A stretch of 64,000 nt of DNA from Halarcobacter sp. (GCA_963676565.1 OY781089.1:3104001-3168000), one strand, 5' to 3'; positions 48,496 through 59,276 are shown, counted from the stretch's first letter. Translations and numbers: made by a program. Notes: a model not told the origin generated them from the sequence alone.

Positions 48496-49706
48496 TACTC
48501 ATTGTCCTTTCTTACATATTCTGAAAACTTGTAAGAGAAATCTGACATTACTGATCTTACTGTAATCCAAGAAGATAATGATGGGATTCCCATAGGATCT
48601 TCATAAAACTCTTCTGCTGCTTCTTTAATTGCAACTTGAAAAGCCTCAACAGCTTTAATCTCTTTTTCTCTATTATATTCAAGTCCATTTAATTTACTTA
48701 AGGCATTGTATTTTGAAATTTCAAATCTTGATTCTTGGAAATATGTTGCCAAAAGGGTTTTAAATGAAGCTTCTGAAAAAACAACTCCCTCTTGAGCTAA
48801 AACTCTAAATATAGTTTTTGCAATATCATTTGCCATTTTATAAATTCCACCGCCATCTTGGGCACTACCTAACTCCTGATGCTTATGTTCATATGTTTCC
48901 ATTATCTCTGTTTGGCATATTCTTTTATTAGAAGTGTTTTTATAAACTTCACTTAATGTTGAAACTTCTAAGCCCCATGTAGGGGAAATAGCGATTCCTC
49001 TTCCTAGACTTCTAATAAAAGAAAACTCACCAGATAATGAGTACCTAAAACTTTCCATATAATCTAAATATCTATTTGAACCATAAACCTTTGTAAGAGC
49101 ATTGATTAATGGTGTGTAAAGTAATCTTGTAGCTCTACCATGAAGTTTGTTTGTAACCCTTGAATAATAACCTTTATTAAACTCAAAGTCTAATGCTGGA
49201 TGAATAATTGGATAAAAAAGTCTAGCTGGAATCTCTCTACTATAATTTACAATATCGCAATCGTGTAAAGCAAAGGCATAGGCATCTTTGTCTGCCATTC
49301 CATAACCTATCATTGTCCAAACATTTCTTCCTTTTCCAGGAGTATCAAGTCCAGGAAAACCTTCAGCGGTTAAATCTGCATAAAGCTCTTTTATTCTTGG
49401 TCCATCATTCCATAAAACATCTACTTTACAAGGTAAAACAGACATTAACTGTTTTACCTCTTCAAACTGCTCTTTTGTAGCTTGATCTAAACCAAGAATT
49501 ATTTTATAGAGATACTTTACATTTTTTAATTCTTCTATAATCTTATGCATTGCAGGAGTCTCAAACTCTGAATAAAGTGCTGGTAATAATAAAACCATTT
49601 TTCTTCTCGAACCAAAATCTTCTAACTCTTTTTCAATATCTTCTATTGGTCTATCACCAAGATTTTGTAAAGTTGTAATCACCCCATTTTGAAAAAAATC
49701 TGCCAT
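48495..49706 (-). CDS. gpgS: Glucosyl-3-phosphoglycerate synthase (GpgS-type glycosyltransferase)
   Basis: MADFFQNGVITTL start, GKGRNVW, HDCDI, KGYYSR, GRATRL, LSGEFS, YEHKHQ; gene context. Confidence 0.8.
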   Translation of the reverse strand: MADFFQNGVITTLQNLGDRPIEDIEKELEDFGSRRKMVLLLPALYSEFETPAMHKIIEELKNVKYLYKIILGLDQATKEQFEEVKQLMSVLPCKVDVLWNDGPRIKELYADLTAEGFPGLDTPGKGRNVWTMIGYGMADKDAYAFALHDCDIVNYSREIPARLFYPIIHPALDFEFNKGYYSRVTNKLHGRATRLLYTPLINALTKVYGSNRYLDYMESFRYSLSGEFSFIRSLGRGIAISPTWGLEVSTLSEVYKNTSNKRICQTEIMETYEHKHQELGSAQDGGGIYKMANDIAKTIFRVLAQEGVVFSEASFKTLLATYFQESRFEISKYNALSKLNGLEYNREKEIKAVEAFQVAIKEAAEEFYEDPMGIPSLSSWITVRSVMSDFSYKFSEYVRKDNE

Positions 49707-50866
49707 TATCTCCCCTTTTTTTCTATTATTATAAAATCCATCACATTTGTACCTGTAATTCCCGTTACAAAATCAAAACCAAGTTTTTTAAAAAATGTAT
49801 TAGAATCACTATTTTCTAAAAAATCTTTTGGATTTAATTTCATCTCATTCATCTTTTCAATAGTTTTCAAAGTTACAAATGCCCCATTTGCTTCAGAGCG
49901 TCCATCAATACCATCACTTCCTGCACACAAAATTGAAATATCTTCATTAACTACATTTTCAAGTAGTAATCTTAAAGCAAGTTCTTGGTTTCGTCCACCA
50001 TATCCCCCACCTGATTTTACTACTGTTGTTGTTTCCCCGCCAAACAACAACACAAAACTAGAGTATTTTTTATCATATTCTTTTATCAATTTAGTTACAA
50101 ACTTTGAAGCCTTTTTTGAAGGGTAATCTAAAGTTGTAGTAATAATTTCTACTTTTTCATAATCTTTTTTACAAAACTTTTTTGCTTCATTTAATGCTAT
50201 TTCATTATTCCCAACTAACATATGTTGAAACTTTCCATTGTTCATTGGAGCAGAACCTATAATATTTAAATCATCTCCAATTACATCACTTAAAACTAAT
50301 ACTTTTCCATTGGCTTTAATAAAATCAGCTAATTTCCCACCTTTTACTTGTGAAATAGATTTTCTAATTGTATTTAATGCTTTTATATCAATTCCAGAGG
50401 TTAATAAAGAGGATGAGGCTTTTATAAAGTCTTCTAAGCTAAGTCCCTTAATAGGTTTTTCAATCATTGCTGAAGCTCCACCTGAAAGTAAGAATATAAA
50501 ATAGTCATCTTTTTTCAACTTCTTTACATTATCAATTAGTTTACTTGCAGCTTCTTGGCTTTTTGTTGTTACATTAGGGTGTGTGGATGTAAAATGTTCT
50601 AAATATTTTAAACTTCCTTCCGAAGTTGAAACAATAAATCCACCTTTTATTTTTTTCCCAATTATATCTTCACACTCTTTTGCCATAGAAAAAGCAGCTT
50701 TCCCCACTCCAAAAATATAAAGATTATTAAACTTTTTTAAGTCTATTTTCTCATTGGAAATTGTTAATATATTTTTTTCTAAAGAGATATTATCTTTAAT
50801 AATAGACTTAGCTTTTACCTTATTTAATGCTTTAAAATATATTTTTTCTAAATTTTTCTTAGACAT
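49706..50866 (-). CDS. MOFRL/TtuD-type glycerate kinase
   Basis: GKAA, LSGGASA, VKGG, SDVIGDD, GGETT, GGRNQE, DGIDG, TGTNVMD. Confidence 0.9.
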   Translation of the reverse strand: MSKKNLEKIYFKALNKVKAKSIIKDNISLEKNILTISNEKIDLKKFNNLYIFGVGKAAFSMAKECEDIIGKKIKGGFIVSTSEGSLKYLEHFTSTHPNVTTKSQEAASKLIDNVKKLKKDDYFIFLLSGGASAMIEKPIKGLSLEDFIKASSSLLTSGIDIKALNTIRKSISQVKGGKLADFIKANGKVLVLSDVIGDDLNIIGSAPMNNGKFQHMLVGNNEIALNEAKKFCKKDYEKVEIITTTLDYPSKKASKFVTKLIKEYDKKYSSFVLLFGGETTTVVKSGGGYGGRNQELALRLLLENVVNEDISILCAGSDGIDGRSEANGAFVTLKTIEKMNEMKLNPKDFLENSDSNTFFKKLGFDFVTGITGTNVMDFIIIEKKGR

Positions 50867-51653
50867 TTTTTAATACCATCTCATTCCAGCCCTTTGAGCC
50901 TTTAAATTCTGATTTTTGGATATTTTTAACCTTAGTTTCTACATATTTACCTTTATGGCTTTTGATAACTATAGGAATATCAACATTTTCAAACATAACA
51001 ATATCATTTGGTCCATCCCCTAAACCAATTGTCTTTATATCATCATCATAAATTCTTTCAAAAATCTTTTTTGCTTTTTTTACTGCAATACCTTTATCTT
51101 GAAACTCTCCAATTAAATGATAAAACCTACCACCTTCTGTAATTTTAATATTATATGTAAGTGCAAGGTTTTTTAAGTTTTTTAATTTTGTTTTATCTTC
51201 CAATAAAAATGGCTCAGTAAAATCTCTTTGTTTTGAAAGCTTTGCATCTTCTATACTTAAACCTGTATGTTTTACTATATCATCAATACTCATATCCGAA
51301 AAACCTATTAAACCAAACTCACTTTTATACTTATTATAGAAGTTTAGTACTTGTTTGTATTTAAGTCCAAGTTGTAAAATATAATAACCATGATACTCAT
51401 CTAAAAATGAAAGGTCAAAATTTTGATAATCTTTTGGAAAAAATATAGCGGCACCATTTTCAACAATAAAAGGTTCATTTATCCCAACTTTTTTTTGAAG
51501 CAACTCCACCTCAACTCTAGTTTTGCTTGTGGTGAATAATAATGGGATTTTTTTTTCGTTGATTAATTTAAGGGAATCCTTGGAAGAATCAAAAGAATAA
51601 TCATCATGATTTAAAAAAGTTCCATCTAAATCTGTAAATATTACTGTTTTCAT
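50859..51653 (-). CDS. HAD-IIB glucosyl/mannosyl-3-phosphoglycerate phosphatase (GpgP/MpgP/YedP family)
   Basis: TDLDGT, TSKTRVE, ENG, GGRFYH, DKG, LGDGPND. Confidence 0.88.
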   Translation of the reverse strand: MKTVIFTDLDGTFLNHDDYSFDSSKDSLKLINEKKIPLLFTTSKTRVEVELLQKKVGINEPFIVENGAAIFFPKDYQNFDLSFLDEYHGYYILQLGLKYKQVLNFYNKYKSEFGLIGFSDMSIDDIVKHTGLSIEDAKLSKQRDFTEPFLLEDKTKLKNLKNLALTYNIKITEGGRFYHLIGEFQDKGIAVKKAKKIFERIYDDDIKTIGLGDGPNDIVMFENVDIPIVIKSHKGKYVETKVKNIQKSEFKGSKGWNEMVLKNV

Positions 51654-51804
51654 GTATAAAGTATATCATTTTATAAACATAAGTATATATTTTGACTATA
51701 TATTTTATATACAATATATTAATTAGTTACAAACTTGTAAAAAAAATATTTATTAAGTTTTAACTTTCTTTCAATAAAATTAGATTATCACAAAAGGGAG
51801 AATT

Positions 51805-52104
51805 ATGGATTCACAAACACAGATGATTATTGTACTTATTATTGTACTAACTGCATCTTTTTTAACATGGAAGATGATAAAAGATTTTTATAAAGAAAAA
51901 TTTCATATGGTTTTTACCCATTTGATTGCTGTAACAACAGCATCATTTATGTTTTTATCTAGTATGTCTTTATTTGTTCCAAGAAACTATCAAAGGGGAA
52001 CTAGTCCTGAAGTTGAGATAAGTTTTACTGCAATTGCAATTGTTATTGCAATGTTAGTGGTGATTTTTTTCTTTTTTAGATACTTACCTAATAGAAGCAA
52101 ATAA
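51805..52104 (+). CDS. Hypothetical membrane protein (3 TM)
   Basis: GGGAG RBS, hydrophobic segments. Confidence 0.7.
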   Translation: MDSQTQMIIVLIIVLTASFLTWKMIKDFYKEKFHMVFTHLIAVTTASFMFLSSMSLFVPRNYQRGTSPEVEISFTAIAIVIAMLVVIFFFFRYLPNRSK

Positions 52105-52105
52105 T

Positions 52106-54946
52106 TTAGTTTTTCTTTTCCAAAATCGTTAAAGTATCTTCAAAGCTTAATGGTTTTGAGAAAAGATAACCTTGTCCAAGATTACAATTTATAGATTGTA
52201 AAAACTCTTCTTGCTCTTTATATTCTATCCCCTCTGCAACAACACTAAAACCTAAACTTTTTGATAAAACAACAATTGCTTTTACAATTTGAACATTATT
52301 ATTATCATCAGGTGTTCCATCAATAAATGATTTATCTACTTTTATAATATCAATTGGGAATTTAGTTAAATATCCCATTGATGAGTAACCTGTACCAAAA
52401 TCATCAATAGAAAATCTAAAACCTAAATCTCTCAATTCATCCATGGTATTTAAATTACTTTGAGAATATTCCATAACATATCGTTCAGTAACTTCTAGTT
52501 CAATCTCACTTGGTTTTAAATTATATCTGCAAACAATATAGAAAATATCATTAACAAAATTTTTATCTTTAAATTGAACACTTGAAATATTTATAGCTAT
52601 ATATTTTAGATTTTTATTTACTTTTTTAAATTCAACAAAATCTTTACAAGCTTGTTCAAATACAAATTTACCAATCTCATAAATCATACCATTATCTTCA
52701 GCTATTGGAATAAATTTGTCAGGTCTTACATAACCTAAGTCTTTACTTTGCCATCTAACTAAAGCTTCAAAAGAGGTCACTTCCTTAGTATCTAAGTTAT
52801 ATTGAGGTTGATAATTTAAATAAAATTCATTATTAGAAATAGCAGATTTTAATGCTTGTTCAATTTTAAGTTGGGCGTGAACATCAAGTGAAAGTTTTTC
52901 ATCATAAAATTGGTAATTGTTTTTTCCTAATTTTTTAGCATAGTACATAGCAGTATCCGCATTTTTAATAAGAGATGTGATATCTTTTCCATCTTCAGGA
53001 AAAACTGCAATACCAATACTTGCCGTTGTATTTAGATTATTTCCCTCTATGATAATAGGTTCTTTAATTATATTTAATATCTTTTCACAAACAAAACCTG
53101 CACCTTTTTTATTTCTAGAGGTATCCAATACTACAATAAACTCATCACCACCCATTCTAGCTAAGATATCAGTTTCCCTTAAAACAGATTTTATTCTATT
53201 TCCAACAATTTTTAATAACTCATCACCAATTCCATGACCTAAAGTGTCATTGATTATTTTAAACCTATCTAAATCGATAAATAAAACAAAAATTTCAAGT
53301 TCATTTCTAGTGGCAATATTAATTGTATATTCTAAATCTGATTCTAGTTTTAGTCTATTTGGTAAAGAGGTTAAACTATCATGATAAGCTAGGAATTCAG
53401 CCTTTTTCTGAGATTTAATTATCTCTTGCAAACTTGTGTGAACAGCTATGTATCTTGATATTTCTCCATTATTGTTCTTAATTGCAGATATGTTAAGCCA
53501 AATAGGAATCATCTCCCCTGACTTTTTCTTATCATATACTTTCCCTCTCCAAGAACCTTTATCTTTTATATCTTGCCACATTTTTTTATAAAAAATAAAA
53601 TCATGGAAACCAGATTTAAATAAGCTTGGTTTTTCTCCAATTAATTCACTTTTTGAGTATCCTAAAATTGATTCGAAAGCTCTATTTACGGTTAATATCT
53701 TTTTATCAGCACCACATATTAAAATACCCTCTTTGATATTTTCAAATATAGCAGCTGAAAGTTTCAACTCTTCACTTTGTTCTATATATTCAGTAATGTC
53801 AAGTTTTATAGCCAAATAGTTTGTAATTTTTCCATCAATTTTAATAGGAACAATGGAAGCTTTTTCATAAAACAAAGTTCCATCTTTTTTCTTGTTTACA
53901 AATTCACCTTCCCATTTATCACCATTTTCAAGCTTTTCATTTAAATCATCATACACCTCTTGAGGTGTGTCCCCGGAACTTAAAACATCAGGTGATTGAC
54001 CAAAAACATCATCTTTTTGATACCCGGTTATTTTTTCAAAATTATCATTAACATATAAAATATTTTTCTTTGCATCTGTCAAAACAATTGAATTATCACT
54101 ATTTTCAACGGCATATTTAAATGCAGCTAATTCACTTTTAACTTTTTTAGCTTTTATATGCTGTTTATACATTAAATATAAAATTATGATAATTAAAATA
54201 AAGAAAATAAAGGCAATAAAAAATTGATATTTTAATTTCTCATTGTAAATTTTTTCTAAATTTAATTGTGATTTTTGGATATAAGCTAATAAATTTAAAT
54301 CATATATCTCTACTTTTAACTTTTCTAAAAAATTTAGATTTTCTATAAACTTTTTTGAATGTACGATAAAAAGTTGGTCTTTATCAGTTAAATGATTTTT
54401 ATTTTGCTTTTCTAATTTGTTTATTAAATTAATTATATCTTTTTCATTTTTATTAATTTTAATAAATTCTTGCATTATTAAAAAAGTAATCTCTTCAAAA
54501 AGCTTCTTTTTTTCTTCTTTTATATTTTTAGGTAAAAGATGATTTAATTCATATATATAATGTAAAGAGTTTAAAAGTGATGCTTGTCTAGATTTAAATC
54601 TTTCCATTAGTTCTGTTTTTTGTAAAAATAGATCTTTGATTTTTTTAATATTTAAATAAAACTCTTCCCCAAACTCTTTTTCTACATCTTTTTTTAAAAT
54701 ATCTTCTAAAGAATTTTCAAAATCATTTGTTTGGGAAACTATAGTATCAAAGTTTATAAACTTATCTCTTTTTTCTAAAAAGTTATTTATAAAAAGATTT
54801 GAAATCATCATTTTATTTAAGTTATTTTTATAGTTTTCATAACTTGATTTACTGTTTTCTAAAAAGAAAAGATATGAGAATAAGCCTATAACTACTACAC
54901 TAAAAAAAAACAGTTGAACTATAAATGAATCTTTAATCTTAATCAC
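52106..54946 (-). CDS. Membrane diguanylate cyclase/phosphodiesterase (helical DAHL-like periplasmic domain, 2 PAS, GGDEF, EAL)
   Basis: Two TMs; two PAS domains; RMGGDEF; FEALVRW; DDFGTGYSS. Confidence 0.9.
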   Translation of the reverse strand: MIKIKDSFIVQLFFFSVVVIGLFSYLFFLENSKSSYENYKNNLNKMMISNLFINNFLEKRDKFINFDTIVSQTNDFENSLEDILKKDVEKEFGEEFYLNIKKIKDLFLQKTELMERFKSRQASLLNSLHYIYELNHLLPKNIKEEKKKLFEEITFLIMQEFIKINKNEKDIINLINKLEKQNKNHLTDKDQLFIVHSKKFIENLNFLEKLKVEIYDLNLLAYIQKSQLNLEKIYNEKLKYQFFIAFIFFILIIIILYLMYKQHIKAKKVKSELAAFKYAVENSDNSIVLTDAKKNILYVNDNFEKITGYQKDDVFGQSPDVLSSGDTPQEVYDDLNEKLENGDKWEGEFVNKKKDGTLFYEKASIVPIKIDGKITNYLAIKLDITEYIEQSEELKLSAAIFENIKEGILICGADKKILTVNRAFESILGYSKSELIGEKPSLFKSGFHDFIFYKKMWQDIKDKGSWRGKVYDKKKSGEMIPIWLNISAIKNNNGEISRYIAVHTSLQEIIKSQKKAEFLAYHDSLTSLPNRLKLESDLEYTINIATRNELEIFVLFIDLDRFKIINDTLGHGIGDELLKIVGNRIKSVLRETDILARMGGDEFIVVLDTSRNKKGAGFVCEKILNIIKEPIIIEGNNLNTTASIGIAVFPEDGKDITSLIKNADTAMYYAKKLGKNNYQFYDEKLSLDVHAQLKIEQALKSAISNNEFYLNYQPQYNLDTKEVTSFEALVRWQSKDLGYVRPDKFIPIAEDNGMIYEIGKFVFEQACKDFVEFKKVNKNLKYIAINISSVQFKDKNFVNDIFYIVCRYNLKPSEIELEVTERYVMEYSQSNLNTMDELRDLGFRFSIDDFGTGYSSMGYLTKFPIDIIKVDKSFIDGTPDDNNNVQIVKAIVVLSKSLGFSVVAEGIEYKEQEEFLQSINCNLGQGYLFSKPLSFEDTLTILEKKN

Positions 54947-54952
54947 AAAAAA

Positions 54953-55867
54953 CTACTTTATAATCTTTAATTGACCCGTTAAGGTTTTCAAAAAAGCAGT
55001 TATTTTATTAATCTCTTCATCATTCATTGGTCTACCAAGTTGAACTAATGCCATAGTTTTTACAGCATTTTTTAAATCATTTTCTCTTCCATCATGAAAA
55101 TATGGTGATGTTAACGCTATATTTCTAAGTGTTGGAACTTTAAAATAAAACTTATCATCTTCATTTTTTGTAATATTATATCTTCCAAAATTTAAATTAT
55201 TTACATCTACAACTGCACCAAAGATATTATAATGATTCCCACCAATATTTATTCCATGATGACACGTTATACAACCTTTATCTTTAAACAGTTTAAATCC
55301 TTCTTTTTCATATTTAGTTATTGCTTTTTCATCTCCATTTAAATATTTATCAAATCTTGAATTTGGAGTTATTAAAGTTTTTTCAAACTCTGCTATAGCA
55401 TCTAAAATATTATCTTTAGTTACACCATCTTTGTATACTCTAAAAAACTTACTGTAATAATGTGAATTTTTAAGTTTATATACTAAATCATTTAAGTTGT
55501 GTGCCATTTCAATTGGATTTTCAATAGGACCTAAGGCTTGCTCTTTTAAATTTTTTGCTCTACCATCCCAAAATTGCCTAAAATTAAATACTGAATTTAA
55601 AACTGTTGGAGCATTCAATTTACCAATTGCTCCTTTAACACCAACAGAAAATTGAAGTCCGTCATCACCACCATCTTCTAAATTATGACAGGTGGCACAG
55701 GATATTGTTTCATCAATTGAAAGTTTTACATCAAAGAAAAGTTCTTTCCCTAAAAGTGCTTTTTTTCTATCAATATCAATAGTTTGAGGTATAGGTAAAA
55801 TACTTACTGCAAGCAAGTTTTTACAAATAATAATATTGATTATAAGTATGAAAAAAACTCTATACAT
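54953..55867 (-). CDS. Diheme cytochrome c peroxidase family protein
   Basis: Signal peptide; CATCH, CITCH; QFWDGRA; FKVPTLRN; PYFHDG. Confidence 0.9.
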   Translation of the reverse strand: MYRVFFILIINIIICKNLLAVSILPIPQTIDIDRKKALLGKELFFDVKLSIDETISCATCHNLEDGGDDGLQFSVGVKGAIGKLNAPTVLNSVFNFRQFWDGRAKNLKEQALGPIENPIEMAHNLNDLVYKLKNSHYYSKFFRVYKDGVTKDNILDAIAEFEKTLITPNSRFDKYLNGDEKAITKYEKEGFKLFKDKGCITCHHGINIGGNHYNIFGAVVDVNNLNFGRYNITKNEDDKFYFKVPTLRNIALTSPYFHDGRENDLKNAVKTMALVQLGRPMNDEEINKITAFLKTLTGQLKIIK

Positions 55868-55941
55868 CTGCTGTCCCAACGATTAGTAATAAACTATTAT
55901 AGCATAGCTTGGGACAAATAATAATTAAAAATTTGATTCAG

Positions 55942-56379
55942 TTATTGGCAAGCTTCACAAATACCATAAATTTGCATTGAATGACTTGTGATTCTAAATT
56001 TGTTTTTCTTTGCAATTCTTTCTTGTCTTTTTTCTATCTCTTCATCCATAAATTCTACAATTTTACCACAGTTAGTACAAATTAAATGATCATGGTGATC
56101 TTTTGTATTACTCTCATATTTTTTCCCATCTGCACCAAAAGTTATTGAAGTAATTAAATTTACTTCTTCTAAAAAACTTAAAGCCCTGTAAACAGTTGCT
56201 ATTCCAATATTAGAGTCTGGTCTTTTTGTTTTAATAAGATTATAAATCTCTTCTGCAGTTAAGTGATCATCAGCATGAAGCAAAACATTTAGAACTATTT
56301 CTCTTTGTTCTGTATATTTTAAACCCTTTTGCTTAACTATTTTTTTTAGCTCTTCAATTACCTCTTCACTTTTAACCAT
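55942..56379 (-). CDS. fur: Ferric uptake regulator family protein
   Basis: TEQR, ATVYRAL, HHDHLICTNCG, C-terminal CEAC; divergent from feoAB. Confidence 0.9.
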   Translation of the reverse strand: MVKSEEVIEELKKIVKQKGLKYTEQREIVLNVLLHADDHLTAEEIYNLIKTKRPDSNIGIATVYRALSFLEEVNLITSITFGADGKKYESNTKDHHDHLICTNCGKIVEFMDEEIEKRQERIAKKNKFRITSHSMQIYGICEACQ

Positions 56380-56453
56380 AATAATACCTTTAAATAATTC
56401 TATAGGAATAATTATTGCAAAATATTGATTAAAGAAAGTATATTTATGATTTT

Positions 56454-56525
56454 TAATAATTATTATTAAAATTGAAAGTAAAGTATAAGTTAAGTTTAAT
56501 TACAATTACTTGATAATAATTATTA
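56454..56525. promoter_or_regulatory. Two Fur-box-like 7-1-7 palindromes between fur and feoA
   Basis: TAATAAT-T-ATTATTA (56454-56468) and TGATAAT-A-ATTATTA (56511-56525); the AT-rich background lowers specificity. Confidence 0.6.
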
Positions 56526-56544
56526 AAATAAATAAAGGCTCCCA

Positions 56545-56781
56545 ATGAAGTTAAGTGAACTACAAAAAGGCGAATGTGGTAAAATCATTTCAATTGATTC
56601 AGATTCTGTCCTAAAATCAAGATTCAGTTCTTTTGGAATTACTAGAAATTCACTTGTATATGTAATTGAACAAACTATTTCAAAAAATACTATTGAAATT
56701 AGAATAAATAATACGAAAATTGCATTAAGATTAAGTGAAGCAAAAACAATAGAGGTAGAAAAATCAGAATGCGAGATATAA
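56545..56781 (+). CDS. feoA: Ferrous iron transport protein A
   Basis: SH3-like FeoA pattern (IALRLSEA), directly upstream of feoB. Confidence 0.88.
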   Translation: MKLSELQKGECGKIISIDSDSVLKSRFSSFGITRNSLVYVIEQTISKNTIEIRINNTKIALRLSEAKTIEVEKSECEI

Positions 56782-58892
56782 AAAATAAAAAAACTATAAA
56801 AATTGCCTTGGTTGGACAACCAAATGTTGGTAAATCAATGCTTATCAACTCAATTTCCAATTCAAGACTAAAAGTTGGAAACTTTTCTGGAGTTACAGTA
56901 GAAAAAACTCAAATAGAATTTGAATACAAAGATTACAATTTTGAAATTACTGATTTACCTGGTTCTTATTCTTTAACTGAATATACTTTAGAAGAAAGAG
57001 TTACAAAAAACTATTTGGAAGAGGGTGTTTATGACATCATTTTAAATGTACTTGATTCAACAAACTTAGAAAGAAACCTTTACCTAACAAATGAACTATT
57101 AGCCTTAGATAAGAAAATGGTTCTAGCTTTAAATATGACTGATGAAGCAGAAAATGAGGGAATAATAATAGACGAAAAGCAATTAAGTAAAATTATTGGT
57201 AAGCCTTGTGTTAAAACCTCTGCAAAGGATAAATCAGGGATTGACGAACTAATTGATACATTAATATTAAAATATGAATCACCAAAATTCCAAACAAAAT
57301 TGATTTTTTCTGATGTTATAGAAGAAGAGATTGATAATATCAAAAGTTTATTATTTGAAAAAAGATTTAGAAGTGATATTCACTACAGAGAAATTGCAAT
57401 TAAATTATTAAAAGAGGATAAGAAAACATTTTTAAAATTCCATGATGAACCTATATGGATCGAGTTACAACCACTTTTAAGTGAAGCTTTTGAACATATA
57501 TATTTACATTATGGAACAAAAAATATTGAAGATATTTTTGAAGATGAAAAGTTTGCCTTTGCCAAAGGTGCTGTTACAGAAACAGTAAAAGAGAAAAAAG
57601 AAATTGTTGAAAAAACACTTACAGAAAAAATTGACTCAATTCTAATCCATAAATTTTTAGGACTTCCAATTTTTATCTTCTTAATGTGGGGACTTTTTCA
57701 ATTAACCTTTGAAATAGGCTCAATTCCAATGGATTTAATTGATGCTTTTTTTGCTAGTTTAATTGATAGTACAAAAGAGATTTTAGGGGATAGTCAACTA
57801 TCTTCAATTATAGCAGATGGGGCAATAGCAGGAGTTGGTGCTGTTATTTTATTCTTACCTAATATTGTTATCTTATTTTTAGGTATAGCCTTACTTGAAA
57901 CAACTGGTTATATGAGTAGAGTTGCATTTTTACTTGATGGTTTCTTTCATAAATTTGGTTTACATGGTAAATCTTTTATCCCATTAGTTACTGGTTTTGG
58001 GTGTTCAGTTCCTGCATATATGGCTGCAAGAACCTTGAAAAATGAGAGGGATAGATTACTTACTTTATTTATTATTGGATTTATGAGTTGTGGAGCAAGA
58101 CTTCCTATATATGTTCTTTTCACGGGAGCATTTTTTGCTGGAAATAACGCAGGAAATATTTTATTTCTTATATACATTGCAGGAGCAATCTTAGGTTTAA
58201 TTGCTGCTAAGGTTCTAAAAATAGTTGTATTCAAAAGTGAAGATGAACCATTTGTAATGGAGATGCCAAAATATAGAATGCCTTCATTTAAATTAATTTG
58301 GCATACTGTTTCAAATCAAGCATTAATGTATCTAAAAAAAGCTGGTACATATATTCTAGCAGCTTCAATTTTAATCTGGTTTGCTTCAAACTATCCTAAA
58401 TATCCAGAGTATGAAGAACAAATAAATCAAAAAATAGAATTAGCAACATCTGAAGAGGAAAGATACGAATTACAAAATACTCTAACTCAATATAATCTTG
58501 AAAATTCATATTTAGGGAAAGTTGGTAAATTTACTGAACCACTTTTTGCACCCCTTGGATTTGATTGGAGAATGACAATAGCACTTGAAACAGGTCTTGC
58601 TGCAAAAGAAATTGTTGTATCAACATTGGGAATTTTATATGGTTTAGGTGAAGAATTAGATGAAAACAGTAAAGGATTAATTGAAAAGATTAGAAATAAT
58701 ATTCCAATAGCTTCAGCCTTAGCATTTATTGTTTTTGTAATGATTTATTTACCTTGTTTAGCTGCATCAATGGTATTTGCAAGAGAAGCAGGAGGGTGGA
58801 AGTATCTATTCTATCTATTTGTATTTACAACAACTACTGCTTGGATTTTATCCTTTATAACTTACCAAATAGCTAGTTACTTTCTAGCTTAA
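56769..58892 (+). CDS. feoB: Ferrous iron transport protein B
   Basis: GQPNVGKS, GVTVE, DLPG, GFGCSVPA, MSCGARLP, AKE, YLPC. Confidence 0.97.
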   Translation: MRDIKNKKTIKIALVGQPNVGKSMLINSISNSRLKVGNFSGVTVEKTQIEFEYKDYNFEITDLPGSYSLTEYTLEERVTKNYLEEGVYDIILNVLDSTNLERNLYLTNELLALDKKMVLALNMTDEAENEGIIIDEKQLSKIIGKPCVKTSAKDKSGIDELIDTLILKYESPKFQTKLIFSDVIEEEIDNIKSLLFEKRFRSDIHYREIAIKLLKEDKKTFLKFHDEPIWIELQPLLSEAFEHIYLHYGTKNIEDIFEDEKFAFAKGAVTETVKEKKEIVEKTLTEKIDSILIHKFLGLPIFIFLMWGLFQLTFEIGSIPMDLIDAFFASLIDSTKEILGDSQLSSIIADGAIAGVGAVILFLPNIVILFLGIALLETTGYMSRVAFLLDGFFHKFGLHGKSFIPLVTGFGCSVPAYMAARTLKNERDRLLTLFIIGFMSCGARLPIYVLFTGAFFAGNNAGNILFLIYIAGAILGLIAAKVLKIVVFKSEDEPFVMEMPKYRMPSFKLIWHTVSNQALMYLKKAGTYILAASILIWFASNYPKYPEYEEQINQKIELATSEEERYELQNTLTQYNLENSYLGKVGKFTEPLFAPLGFDWRMTIALETGLAAKEIVVSTLGILYGLGEELDENSKGLIEKIRNNIPIASALAFIVFVMIYLPCLAASMVFAREAGGWKYLFYLFVFTTTTAWILSFITYQIASYFLA

Positions 58893-58925
58893 AAAATAGT
58901 TGTAAGAGTTTTTATTTTAAAACTC

Positions 58926-59276
58926 TTACTCTATTGAAAAAGTTGTAGTAGTTTCAATATCACCTTCGATAACTTTAAATTGCCAAAGACCTTTTTTTCT
59001 ACCTTCAACATATCTAAAATCATAAATTGAGCCATGCCCTGCAGGGAATATAATAGGTCTTTCCCTAGATATTTCACCATCAGGATCTATCCATTGAATA
59101 ATAATTTCTTTATCTTCTTCTAATCTTTCATGAAGATATTTACAAATGATTGAGTTTTCATCTTGTAAGATAAGACAATCCGCACTATTCATTTGTGTTT
59201 CATCTACAAAATTTTCCTCACCTTCGGCAAAAACAAAAGACATACAAAACAACAAACTAAAAAGTAATCTTTTCAT
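58926..59276 (-). CDS. Hypothetical secreted protein
   Basis: Signal peptide; WIDPDG...GLWQF beta-rich pattern. Confidence 0.7.
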   Translation of the reverse strand: MKRLLFSLLFCMSFVFAEGEENFVDETQMNSADCLILQDENSIICKYLHERLEEDKEIIIQWIDPDGEISRERPIIFPAGHGSIYDFRYVEGRKKGLWQFKVIEGDIETTTTFSIE

